A stretch of DNA of 64,000 bases from Patescibacteria group bacterium (GTDB lineage: Bacteria > Patescibacteriota > Patescibacteriia > PEXW01). Positions 47,036-56,371 of this stretch are shown here, piece after piece. Position 1 is the first letter of the stretch; each line of letters begins with the position of its first letter. The notes under the pieces are model-generated. The model was not told where the DNA came from and ran no database searches. It worked only from the letters and a program-made list of their open reading frames with translations. The position numbers and the translations under genes are program-made. The stretch lies in NCBI GenBank assembly GCA_038065235.1, contig JBBTRK010000006.1, positions 3,255 to 67,254 of the forward strand, in the 5' to 3' direction.

Positions 47036-47470
47036 CTACCTCACCGCTTTTTTCAGCAGGCTGGTAATTTTTGCTTTTTCCGCAGCGCCTAACTTCTTCA
47101 ACGCAAAGGCTACGGGCCACATTGGGCCGTCGTCCAGTTTAGCGGTGTCACTAAAGCCAAGCGACGCGTACCGCGTTTTGAACTTGCTCCCCGCTTGGAA
47201 AAAGCACACCACCTTCTCACCCTTGGCGTAGGCAGGCATGCCGTACCAGGTTTTTGATAGAAGACTTGGCGCGTGCTTGGCCACCAGGGCGTGGAGTTTT
47301 TTCGCAATGGACTTGTCTGGCTCTTTCATTTTTGCAATGGCCGCCTGCACATCCCGCTCGCCTTGCGCCCGGTTCTTGCCAGCGCGGGCTTCGGCCACCA
47401 GCTCTTTGGCCCGGTTCTGCATGGCCGTTTTTTCAAAATCCGAGAATCCTTGGCTTTTCTGCTTTGGCAT
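47036..47470 (-). CDS. DUF1801-like protein
   Basis: KTWYGMPAYAK..KVVCFFQ...KFKTRY..LGFSD.A.LD.G.MWP. Confidence 0.85.
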   Translation of the reverse strand: MPKQKSQGFSDFEKTAMQNRAKELVAEARAGKNRAQGERDVQAAIAKMKEPDKSIAKKLHALVAKHAPSLLSKTWYGMPAYAKGEKVVCFFQAGSKFKTRYASLGFSDTAKLDDGPMWPVAFALKKLGAAEKAKITSLLKKAVR

Positions 47471-47659
47471 AGTGTTTTGCGTTTACGGAAAATAGTTGAA
47501 AAATTTCTCCTGCATCTGCTATACTCATACTCTACCATTCGGAGTTTTCTATGGCACTAGCAATTACCGTTAGTAGCTCCGAGAATTTGTCCGCTTGTTC
47601 CCATTGGCGGCTTTTATCGTTGTATAGTACATAGAGCTCTCCCCTTACAATCTGACTAC

Positions 47660-47821
47660 ATGACTGCAGATGCCCCTAATGGTTTTGCCGAGGTGTACGA
47701 CGCCCACATCGAGAAGATTTACACCTTCATCTACTACCGCGTGCTCGTCCCGCGTGCGCAGGACTGCGCGCCACATCCACGGGGATCCCGCAGTAGCTGC
47801 GACATCCAATATGATAGTTAA
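47660..47821 (+). pseudogene. Truncated ECF sigma factor remnant (N-terminus only), cut by a repeat element
   Basis: MTADAPNGFAEVYDAHIEKIYTFIYYRV, then the 39-bp repeat at 47736-47774 and a stop. Confidence 0.65.
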
Positions 47822-48155
47822 GAAGAAAGAACGACGAAAAGAAGTTATTACTCGAAACTGGAAAGTTTTTGATTATCCATTGCGTTCAAAGACGACTGGC
47901 ATTGCATACCAGATACTGAGCGGCCGCACCCCAAAAGTAGGGAGTTTTCGAAACAACATTTGCACCGAGATTTTTTACATTATCGGTGGCTCAGGAGTAA
48001 TTGTTGTAAAAAACCATGAATACATCTTACGTGAAGGCGATGTATATATCGCCAAACCCAAAGAGCAGCATTTCTTAGTTGGCAAAAAACTAACGTTTTT
48101 AGTGATTACCACACCAAATTGGTATCCAGCGCAGTGCGAGATCCTGAAAGATTAG
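47811..48155 (+). CDS. Cupin-domain protein
   Basis: EIFYIIGGSG....V....Y.L.EGD.....P...H; P.WYP.Q. Confidence 0.8.
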   Translation: MIVKKKERRKEVITRNWKVFDYPLRSKTTGIAYQILSGRTPKVGSFRNNICTEIFYIIGGSGVIVVKNHEYILREGDVYIAKPKEQHFLVGKKLTFLVITTPNWYPAQCEILKD

Positions 48156-48202
48156 ATTTAATAATTTTTGACGTGCCACGTTTGTGGAGCCCCGATGACA
48201 AT

Positions 48203-48751
48203 ATGAACGAAGAAGACATTCTAAATCTCATCAAGGCGGACGAATGGATGATGAGCATTTTGCGCACTGCAGAAGCGCTTCAGCTTCCCGATTGGGTCAT
48301 CGGTGCAGGTTTTGTGCGCAATAAGGTGTGGGACCATTTGCATGGGTACACGAAGTCAGCAGTTGATACGGCTGATATTGATTTGGTGTACTTTGATCCA
48401 AACGGGAATGATGAGAAAGCCGACGAGACGTTGTCGAAAAAGCTACTAACAGAAACAGGCCTACCATGGGAAGTCGTGAATGAGGTGTATGCGCACATTT
48501 GGAATAACTTGCCGCCGTATCGGTCAACCAAAGACGCGCTCGCTCAATGGCCCGAGACTGCGACCGGGATTGGGGTGAGGCTGGAGAACGGGACATTACA
48601 ATTGGTCGCTCCGCATGGTATAGATGATCTCGTCCACCTCATAGTTCGGCCAAGCCCGAAATTCCCAGATGGTGAAACACGCGTGGCAGAGCGGGCACGC
48701 GAAAAGAAGTGGCAAGAAAAGTGGCCGAAGTTGTGCTTTCTTTCTGCATAA
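48203..48751 (+). CDS. Nucleotidyltransferase family protein (DUF925)
   Basis: LPDW.I.AGFVRN.VWD.L, DIDLVYFD, WEV.N, WPETAT, APHG..DL, KWP.L. Confidence 0.9.
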   Translation: MNEEDILNLIKADEWMMSILRTAEALQLPDWVIGAGFVRNKVWDHLHGYTKSAVDTADIDLVYFDPNGNDEKADETLSKKLLTETGLPWEVVNEVYAHIWNNLPPYRSTKDALAQWPETATGIGVRLENGTLQLVAPHGIDDLVHLIVRPSPKFPDGETRVAERAREKKWQEKWPKLCFLSA

Positions 48752-48761
48752 TTCCTCAACT

Positions 48762-48971
48762 ATGCCAGACGTACAAACCTTCCACTGTCGAGATTGCGGG
48801 CATGATGGCTCAGCAGTAATGGACGAGAAAGAACGTCCGCAAGGGTCTGACCTCATCACGAAGTACTCAGGCTTCTTGGGTGCGCGGGTAATGAAGTTCG
48901 CGAACATCCTCATCGAGCCAACCAAGCGTTGTGAGCGGTGCAAGAGCAAGAAGCTTACTCGTCTCCCATAG
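48762..48971 (+). CDS. Small Zn-ribbon protein
   Basis: CRDCG...CERCKS. Confidence 0.6.
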   Translation: MPDVQTFHCRDCGHDGSAVMDEKERPQGSDLITKYSGFLGARVMKFANILIEPTKRCERCKSKKLTRLP

Positions 48972-48986
48972 CCACTTGAAGTAAAG

Positions 48987-49018
48987 AAAAACCGTCATCC
49001 AAAAGGGGTGACGGTTTT
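48987..49018. terminator. Terminator of the sigma gene (possibly bidirectional)
   Basis: AAAACCGTCATCC/GGGTGACGGTTTT. Confidence 0.75.
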
Positions 49019-49869
49019 CACATAAGGTACGGTCGCAGTGCGCGACTACGGGAAGCATGGCGGAGACGCTTGATGGCCTTCTCCTTAATCTGACGCACGC
49101 GCTCTCGGGTGAGCGAGTAGCGAACCCCAATCTCTTCGAGGGTATGCCGTTTCTCGTGGTCGAGTCCGAAGTAGAGTTTGATCACCTCGGCCTCACGAGC
49201 AGTGAGCGTATCCAGAGTTTGCTCGATGAGCTCTTTCAATTCACGCGCATGCAATATTTCATCGGCTGCGGGTGTGTGCTTATCTTTCAGGGAATCGTTG
49301 AGTGAACTGTCATTCGTTTCACTGTAGGGGGCATCGAGCGAAGGGTTCACACCTTGAATGACTATGGCTTCGCTCACCGTGTGTTCCGTGTAATTCAGTT
49401 CAATGGCGATCTCGTCCGGGGACGGTTGCCGCCCGAGTCCCTGCTCCAGACGGGCGGATGCCTTATTCGTTTTGTTCACCGCCTCCACACGGCTCAACGG
49501 CAGACGGTAAATTCGACTCTGCTCGGCGAGCGCATACAGGATTGCCTGGCGGATCCACCACACCGCGTAGCTAATGAACTTGTACCCAAGCGCCCCGTCG
49601 AAGCGTTTGGCCGCCTTGATGAGACCTAGGTTACCCTCGTTAATGAGGTCAGCTAAAGTCATGCCCTGGTTCTGGTACTTTATGGCGACAAACACCACAA
49701 AGCGTAGATTTGCCTTGGTGAGTTTTTCCAAGGCCAACTTGTCACCTTTCTTAATGCGCCGGGCGAGCCGTACTTCTTCGTGAGCCGGGAGCGGATGCGA
49801 GTTTTCGATCTGTCGCATGTATATCTCTAGTGACCGTTCGTCATCAGACCCAATCGGGAGTTTGCTCAC
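49018..49869 (-). CDS. RpoD/RpoS-family sigma factor lacking region 1.1 (Bacteroidota/FCB-like sequence type)
   Basis: ANLRFVV.VA.KYQNQG..L.DLINEGNLGLIKAA.RFD...G.KFISYAVWWIRQAIL.ALAEQSR; TLEEIG....LTRERVRQIKEKA. Confidence 0.9.
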   Translation of the reverse strand: MSKLPIGSDDERSLEIYMRQIENSHPLPAHEEVRLARRIKKGDKLALEKLTKANLRFVVFVAIKYQNQGMTLADLINEGNLGLIKAAKRFDGALGYKFISYAVWWIRQAILYALAEQSRIYRLPLSRVEAVNKTNKASARLEQGLGRQPSPDEIAIELNYTEHTVSEAIVIQGVNPSLDAPYSETNDSSLNDSLKDKHTPAADEILHARELKELIEQTLDTLTAREAEVIKLYFGLDHEKRHTLEEIGVRYSLTRERVRQIKEKAIKRLRHASRSRALRPYLM

Positions 49870-49919
49870 GCAACTCACCTCCTTCCGAATTGTTAAAAGT
49901 TTGTTTGTTTCAGCCGCTG

Positions 49920-49948
49920 ACTATACCAGAGGGGTTGTGGGATGTCAA
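49920..49948 (-). promoter_or_regulatory. sigma70 promoter TTGACA-N17-TATAGT for the sigma gene
   Basis: Read on the minus strand. Confidence 0.8.
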
Positions 49949-50039
49949 AAAAAGTGGTGCTGGGTTGACTGACAACCGCAATCATCGTACACTGCGCACG
50001 CAATCGAAGTTCTTTTCGTCGTCTATTCGGACGCACCGG

Positions 50040-50114
50040 GGTGGCCATGGTGTAGTGGTAACACAGAGGCTTGTGGAGCCTTTATCTCGGGTTCGATCCC
50101 CGATGGCCACCCCA
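50040..50114 (+). tRNA. tRNA-His(GTG)
   Basis: G-1:C73, GTGGCCA/TGGCCAC acceptor, TTGTGGA loop, CCA. Confidence 0.94.
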
Positions 50115-50185
50115 GTTTGTCTGAAGAATATTTTTTTCGTCATCCATCGTCGTTTCGGCGGGTTTCGGCTACAATAGATGCAGCT

Positions 50186-51790
50186 ATGGCAGATACTTCC
50201 CTATTTCCGAATAGCGTCCAGAAGTTGGTGCAGTCGTATGAGCAGCCTTTGCCGAACCTGGAGGCGCCCCCAGGCGTGCCCGGCATAAAATTGAACGAGG
50301 TCATTGGCAAAATGGCCTATTTCTACGAGAAGCTGCGTAATAGCATTGAGTTCAACGAAGAACACCTCCTGCGGCGGAACGCCATCGAACGTATCCTGCG
50401 CCGAAGATTCTTGGTTGAGAATCGCGCTCAGGTGAATGCGCGGCTGCTCATCCATGAGCTCATCCGTGGCCGTTACTTACCGAATGATGCGCTTCCCGAA
50501 ACGCTCGTGGTCGTCGTGCAGAACTACGTGGACCGCTACCTTGCCCTACTCGACCATTTGCAGCTCAAGCGCACGTACCCTGAAGATCGCCGACACATTC
50601 GCTGGCTTTTGAGCGTCGCCTCTGCAGACTTAGAAGAACGTCTGTCCCCCAGCACGCGGCAAGATGCGCTTGTAGAGGTTATGTATGCAACCATTCGTAG
50701 CAGTTTGGTGCTTCCTGCAAACGTCCCTGCTGGCCAAGAACAGGATGTGCTGGTGTACCTGGCTATTCACCGTGCACTCATCAAAAGTGACGATGCGGTG
50801 TTGCGGTACCACCTCTTCAAGTGGGCATATCCACAGTGGGAGAATCCCAACCACGCCGTGACCGAGCAGGTGCGCGAGAAGTTCCCCAAGCTCGTCGAAT
50901 CTATTGAAGCTAAAATCAACCACCCGCTCTCGGAACGTATACTCGTCATCTGTCGGCGGTACACCATTCCCTTCATCATCCTCGCCGATGTGGTACGGGA
51001 GCAGGGCGGTGCCGCGGCTAGGCTCTTGCTGCAGCAACCTGCGGCGTTGCAGGAAGCAGTTGAGGAAGCCATGAAGACGAAATTGAAGACCGCCAGGACA
51101 CGTCTCCGTCGGACCTCGGTGCGTAGCATTATCTACATTTTCATAACCAAGATGATGCTAGCTTTGTCAATCGAGCTTCCGTATGAGATTTTCGTCCTGC
51201 GCGAGCGTGCGCTCCTGCCCATCTACATCAATAGCATTTTCCATCCAATACTCATGTTCACCATTGCCCTGACGGTGAAGCTCCCTGGCAAAGAGAACAC
51301 CGCCCTGGTGGTACAAGCGGTACAGGAAATTGTGAACCCCAGTGTGCCCCGAGAGATTTTCGGCGCACGTCTTCGCCCCCGTCCCCGCGGGAAGGTGCGG
51401 TCATTCTTCTTCTACCTCTTCTACTTCGCGACGTTCGGGGTAACTTTCGGGGCAATCATTTGGGGTCTCATGACGCTGCAATTCAACTGGCTCTCCATCG
51501 TCGTCTTCATCTTCTTCCTCTCCGTCATTTCCCTGTTCGGGACGCGGGTGCGGGGTATTGCGCGGGAGCTCACCGTGCGTGACCGGCGAGAGAATCTGTT
51601 CCTATTGCTACTTTCCTCGCTATCGCTGTCAATCTTGCGCGTTGGCCAGTGGCTCAGCAAAAAGGTGCCAAAGGTTAACTTCATCGTTTTCTTCCTAGAC
51701 TTCATCATCGAGGCGCCGTTCAAGATGTTCGTCGAAGCCGTGGATGAGTGGTTCAGCTTCCTCAAGGAGAAGCGCGAAGAGATTTCCTAG
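50186..51790 (+). CDS. Conserved hypothetical membrane protein
   Basis: YEKLRN.IEF.EEHLLRRNAIERILRRR N-terminus; C-terminal TMs; LDFIIEAPFK...EW..F..EKREE. Confidence 0.8.
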   Translation: MADTSLFPNSVQKLVQSYEQPLPNLEAPPGVPGIKLNEVIGKMAYFYEKLRNSIEFNEEHLLRRNAIERILRRRFLVENRAQVNARLLIHELIRGRYLPNDALPETLVVVVQNYVDRYLALLDHLQLKRTYPEDRRHIRWLLSVASADLEERLSPSTRQDALVEVMYATIRSSLVLPANVPAGQEQDVLVYLAIHRALIKSDDAVLRYHLFKWAYPQWENPNHAVTEQVREKFPKLVESIEAKINHPLSERILVICRRYTIPFIILADVVREQGGAAARLLLQQPAALQEAVEEAMKTKLKTARTRLRRTSVRSIIYIFITKMMLALSIELPYEIFVLRERALLPIYINSIFHPILMFTIALTVKLPGKENTALVVQAVQEIVNPSVPREIFGARLRPRPRGKVRSFFFYLFYFATFGVTFGAIIWGLMTLQFNWLSIVVFIFFLSVISLFGTRVRGIARELTVRDRRENLFLLLLSSLSLSILRVGQWLSKKVPKVNFIVFFLDFIIEAPFKMFVEAVDEWFSFLKEKREEIS

Positions 51791-51873
51791 CATTCGTCAA
51801 TTCTTGACAATCTCCTACCGACCTGAAGGGTGATTTGCTATACTCCTACCACTTCATTCTTAACGAATACGCT

Positions 51874-53055
51874 ATGCGTAAGTTAACGTTTGCCAGTAGC
51901 ATCGGCGCGATTGCGCTGTTTGCCCTTGTTGGCTTTGGCCAACCCGCCAGAGCCACCGAGAAGCTAGAGTTAGAGCCAGTATCGAAGGTGAAGGTTCCTG
52001 GGACTTTCGTTACGGGAACATTGACTGCGATGAGTAGCGCGTCAGTGCCGGCGACGCTCACGGTGAAAGCTGGGGCGACCATTTACACGGCAGAGGTTAC
52101 ATCCGCGACGACGATTGTTCGGAGGTACAATGGCAGCACCGACCTGGGCGAGTTTCTGGTTGGCGATACCGTTGAAGTACGCGGCACACTCTCGAATGAC
52201 GTGGCGAATACGATTAGCGCAACGAAGTTAAAAAACGTTTCGATCCAGCGTGTTGGTGGGACGTTTAAGGGGAAAGTTGTTTCTCGGAACTGCGATGCAG
52301 GTTACTTTACCTTCAAGCCCGAAGGACGCGATGAGCAGTCGGTATACTTCACCGCGAACACGAAGTTCATTCGCGGGGGTGAGAAGATCAGCTGTGCCAG
52401 CCTCGTAGCGAACGAACGGGTAAAGGTCATTGGCCTGTGGCGGAAAGCAGATGCCCGCATTGACGCCGACCGGGTGATCGTCGATATGCGGACGATTAGC
52501 GGCACGATCAGCACGATCACGCTGACCAATGGTGGCTTACCCGCAACCTTGGTCATCGATCGGAAGGGGAAGGTTAAGAGCACTGCCTTCCAGGCCGCGA
52601 CGTCGGAGAGCAGCGAAACTACCACGGAGTCTTGGACGGTGAACATTACCAGCACCACGAAGCTGTACCGTAAGTACATGAAGATTGCGACGATTGAGGA
52701 AATGCTCGTTGGCGACAAAGTTGACGTTCGCGGAACAGTAGCTGAAGGGAACGTCATGAATGCCAGAGTGCTTCGCAACAACTCCCTCGTCATCAAGTAC
52801 GGCGATATGCAGGGCACCGTTCTTTCTGTCGATGCAGATGCGAAAACGTTCGTGCTGCGGACGAAGGAGAAGAAGCTAGGCGACGTTATCGTAACCGTGA
52901 CCGACGCCACAAAGTATGTGGACGAGAACGGCATGCGTGTATTCACTGACCTCACGGTCGGCGATAAGTTGAAGGTCCTCGGAACTTACAACTCGAGCAC
53001 CAAGAAGATTGCCGCAACCCGCGTCTTTTTCAAGGAAGCGCAAGAGACACTCTAG
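51874..53055 (+). CDS. Secreted protein with four DUF5666-like OB-fold repeats
   Basis: Signal peptide; repeated T...T.....L.VGD.V.V.G.....A..I units. Confidence 0.8.
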   Translation: MRKLTFASSIGAIALFALVGFGQPARATEKLELEPVSKVKVPGTFVTGTLTAMSSASVPATLTVKAGATIYTAEVTSATTIVRRYNGSTDLGEFLVGDTVEVRGTLSNDVANTISATKLKNVSIQRVGGTFKGKVVSRNCDAGYFTFKPEGRDEQSVYFTANTKFIRGGEKISCASLVANERVKVIGLWRKADARIDADRVIVDMRTISGTISTITLTNGGLPATLVIDRKGKVKSTAFQAATSESSETTTESWTVNITSTTKLYRKYMKIATIEEMLVGDKVDVRGTVAEGNVMNARVLRNNSLVIKYGDMQGTVLSVDADAKTFVLRTKEKKLGDVIVTVTDATKYVDENGMRVFTDLTVGDKLKVLGTYNSSTKKIAATRVFFKEAQETL

Positions 53056-53069
53056 AGATTGGTTCGAAG

Positions 53070-53097
53070 AAAAGCGGCTCCGCGAGGAGCCGCTTTT
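53070..53097. terminator. Bidirectional intrinsic terminator
   Basis: AAAAGCGGCTCC/GGAGCCGCTTTT. Confidence 0.85.
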
Positions 53098-53102
53098 TGT
53101 AT

Positions 53103-53197
53103 TTGTCACTGCGAATCCCTTAGCAGTGAGGTGAAGCAATCCCCCTGATACAACGGGATTGCCACGCCTCTCGATTACTCGAGGCCCGCAATGACAA
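53103..53197. repeat. Palindromic element family B
   Basis: TTGTCACTGCGA...GCAATC...GATTGC...CGCAATGACAA. Confidence 0.85.
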
Positions 53198-53200
53198 TAA

Positions 53201-56200
53201 TTACCGCGGAATCAGCCGGACCACGCTGGCGCCGAGTACGCGGCCCTTGCTGTAGGTAATCTTCTTAATGGTCTGGCGGCCGTCGCTGTTGGTGAAGGTC
53301 ATGTCGTAGGTGGCGTTCTTCAACTTACTCGTGGGCACGGTGACGAGCAGGCTCTTGGCGCTCTTCACCTGTACCTTGCTCGCCTTCACTGTGCCGACAG
53401 CAGCACTGACCTTGCTGGTAAAGTTTGTGCCGACAATTTCCAGTACCATGCTGCTGCCAGATTTGCTCTTGTACTTCACGCCGCTCACGGTGGGCTTCTT
53501 CTTCGCTGTACCCGTGACAGAGAATTTTGTGAGGTGCGTGGTGGTGAGCGTGGCAGTGTTGTCTTTGGTGTCCACTAAACCGGTGGCCCCATCGGTTGAC
53601 CAGGTCTCGGTCTGCGGGTCCCAGAATTTCGTGGCCAGGCCCTTCTCGCGCAGGCCGCTATTCACCACGGCACTGTCGGTGTAGGGCAACGTTATCGTGG
53701 CAGGCTTATCGAGGTTCTTCTTCTCATTGCCCGAGCTGTCGATCGCCTTCACTTCGTAAGCCAGCGACGCAGGCCGGTCAGACGTCGTCGGGTCGATATC
53801 AATCGTCGGCGTGACTGTGACGGAGACGGTGCCGCTGGTGCCCAAGGCAAATGGCGGCAAGGATACGGTTGTACCATCGGCCAAGCTAATAGCTAAGCCA
53901 TCATCCGCACTGGCAGACTTCGTGATCGGCCCGGGAATGGTTATACCCGAATCTTTGAGGGTCAGGTTCACGGTGTTTGCGCCAACCTTGGGGGTAACTT
54001 CGGAAACCTCGCTAGTGGTAAGTTTAGTGCCGCTGATATCCGTGACGACTACGTTCCATTTCTCGCCGCTGGTGACGTTCAAACTGTAGGTGCCAGTCGC
54101 ACTCACCGTGCCCGTGACTTGCGAACCGTCGTTGGAGTAGGCGGTGACCGTGCCGCCCTTTTCGGCCTTTGTACCAAACTTTACCGTACCTTGTAATGTA
54201 GCGTTGGTTGCTTCAAATTTGAAATTCGCAGTGGTCGTGCTGCTGCCCGAAACTTTCACGGCCTTGCCGTCGGGTGGTAGCTGGGTCTCGGCCACGGCTG
54301 GGGTTTCGCCGACGGTTACCAGGTACGTACCGTCAGGAACTTTGGCGGTGTACACCCCGCTATCATTCGTTTCTACAGTCACGGTCACAATATCGTTTGG
54401 GTTGGTGGCGGCATTATTCTCCAACGCCGTGCGGTTATCCAGGGTAACCAAGGCACGTTTTACCACTGCGCCGCTAGTGTCCGTAACGGCACCGGTAACC
54501 GTGTTATTCCCTTTGAATACCGTTAGGTTGCGGGCCACGCTCTGGCCGGCGGTCACGGTAACGCTATTTTGTCCGGCGGGTTTGTTTAGCAACGCAGCCG
54601 TGAGTTCTGGATTCTCAATGTCGTAGTCGTACAACCACGTTCCCGCAGCCAGCGGCAGGCTATACGTACCATCAGCCGCTACTGTTGTGCTGGTGAAATT
54701 CCCGTCAGCGTCCAAGGCCAAAATCTGTATATCCGAACCCGGGCTGGTCACCATTGTACCGTCTTGGAGTTTGAGGGCACCCGTCAGCGTTGCGTCATAT
54801 GCCCGGAGAGTCAGGTCCTGGGTGGCGGTACTGCCAGCCATGGTGACTTGTTTTTCCGACCCGCCCGCGTAATTAGCGCCTGGTGCGGCTTGCACCCCGA
54901 CGATTACCTTTGAGCCTGTGACTTCGGTTGAAGCAAAATCGAGGCTGAAAGTGCCGTCAACCACGGGGGCAGACACGCGGACTTTATTATTTATGGTACG
55001 GACATAGGCGCTGCCCACAAAGTCTGTGACTTTTGTGCCGGCGCTGTTGAGCACGTTGCCGGTAATCCCACGGTCAATCGTTTTCATCTTAATATTAAGA
55101 TCGCTCACGGTCTGACCATTGATGACGGTCGCTGTGGCTGGCGCTACTTGGGCGTACTGAGTTTTCCCGGTCGGGGCATTCAGGCCAATACTCCAGGTGC
55201 CGGCACCGACGGTAATATCAAAGGCGCCAGTGGGATCGGTATTCACATTCACGCGCTCGCTCCCACCTTCCCGAACTGCCAGCAGCGAAACATTAGAAAG
55301 CGCTGCGCCAGAGGTTGAGGTAACTTTACCTTTGAGGTGTGCGCTGTTGACTGATGCGGTAACTGTACCTAAGTCCACGTTCCCGCCTTCGGTCATGACG
55401 AAGGTCGTGGCAGCCGGGTCAAAAGACTTGCCTTGCAAATCCGTGTGGAATGCCGAGAGGGAATAAATACCAGGTGTCAGGTACACACTCACCACCGAAT
55501 CAGCTTGGCGGACTTTGCGCACTGTACCCACGCCGTCGGCGCGGCGGATGTCCACATCTGCCACAAAACTGCTCGTGGTTAGGTTGCTGCCATCGCTATT
55601 TAGCAAACGCACGGTGACTTTACCGGTAGCGGGGGTCACCACAAAGTTCAAGGTCTGGGTTTCGGTGGTGCTGTCTGCAGCAAAATCCACGCGGGTCGGT
55701 GCGACTTCCGAAATCCAAGTCGGGGTGTATTCCGAAAGGTTGACCACCGGCTGCACAAACCAGGTGCCACCCACCATAGTCCCGCTGTACACCCCACTCG
55801 CGTTGGTGCGCACATTCGAGAGTCGGCTCGCCCCGGTTATATTGTACGGGTCGATATTAATGTCGGCATCGGTAATAATTTTACCGGTAGTATCGGTTAC
55901 CGTACCGGTAATCGTCTTCGACGTTTGGGTGAACGTGAAATTAACCGCTGTTTGCGACGTACCCGAGTAGGTAAAATTATAGGAACCGTTACCCGAACGA
56001 TTGTAACCGGTGGGGGTACGCGCCTCTACCACGTAAGGAGTACCGTTGGTCAAGTCGTTATTGAAGGCGTAGGTACCATTTGCGGCCGTGGTGGTGTTCA
56101 CGCTAAAAATTCCGTCCGGTGTATGTAGCTCAATTGTGACGCTTGCCATCGGCGTACCGGTAGTAGTGCTTACCGTGCCAGTCACGACATTCACCACCGC

Positions 56201-56299
56201 CCGGGCGGGCTGGATGACGCCGGGAAAAGACAAAAGCATGGCAGCAACCATGAGACTGGCTGTACCACGGAGAGATCGTCGGAGCGTGCGGGTACGCAT
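53201..56299 (-). CDS. Large secreted surface protein with tandem carboxypeptidase-regulatory-like beta-sandwich repeats
   Basis: Signal peptide; repeated TG.V.D..G..V....V....T...G.Y....G.W/Y units; C-terminal T.HLT.F and IPT-like domain. Confidence 0.85.
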   Translation of the reverse strand: MRTRTLRRSLRGTASLMVAAMLLSFPGVIQPARAVVNVVTGTVSTTTGTPMASVTIELHTPDGIFSVNTTTAANGTYAFNNDLTNGTPYVVEARTPTGYNRSGNGSYNFTYSGTSQTAVNFTFTQTSKTITGTVTDTTGKIITDADINIDPYNITGASRLSNVRTNASGVYSGTMVGGTWFVQPVVNLSEYTPTWISEVAPTRVDFAADSTTETQTLNFVVTPATGKVTVRLLNSDGSNLTTSSFVADVDIRRADGVGTVRKVRQADSVVSVYLTPGIYSLSAFHTDLQGKSFDPAATTFVMTEGGNVDLGTVTASVNSAHLKGKVTSTSGAALSNVSLLAVREGGSERVNVNTDPTGAFDITVGAGTWSIGLNAPTGKTQYAQVAPATATVINGQTVSDLNIKMKTIDRGITGNVLNSAGTKVTDFVGSAYVRTINNKVRVSAPVVDGTFSLDFASTEVTGSKVIVGVQAAPGANYAGGSEKQVTMAGSTATQDLTLRAYDATLTGALKLQDGTMVTSPGSDIQILALDADGNFTSTTVAADGTYSLPLAAGTWLYDYDIENPELTAALLNKPAGQNSVTVTAGQSVARNLTVFKGNNTVTGAVTDTSGAVVKRALVTLDNRTALENNAATNPNDIVTVTVETNDSGVYTAKVPDGTYLVTVGETPAVAETQLPPDGKAVKVSGSSTTTANFKFEATNATLQGTVKFGTKAEKGGTVTAYSNDGSQVTGTVSATGTYSLNVTSGEKWNVVVTDISGTKLTTSEVSEVTPKVGANTVNLTLKDSGITIPGPITKSASADDGLAISLADGTTVSLPPFALGTSGTVSVTVTPTIDIDPTTSDRPASLAYEVKAIDSSGNEKKNLDKPATITLPYTDSAVVNSGLREKGLATKFWDPQTETWSTDGATGLVDTKDNTATLTTTHLTKFSVTGTAKKKPTVSGVKYKSKSGSSMVLEIVGTNFTSKVSAAVGTVKASKVQVKSAKSLLVTVPTSKLKNATYDMTFTNSDGRQTIKKITYSKGRVLGASVVRLIPR

Positions 56300-56371
56300 A
56301 CGCTTTGGGGTTAGTTTGAGAGGTCAATCGAGTATACCACCTGCACCCCTGCAGTGCGCTATACTGCACGC

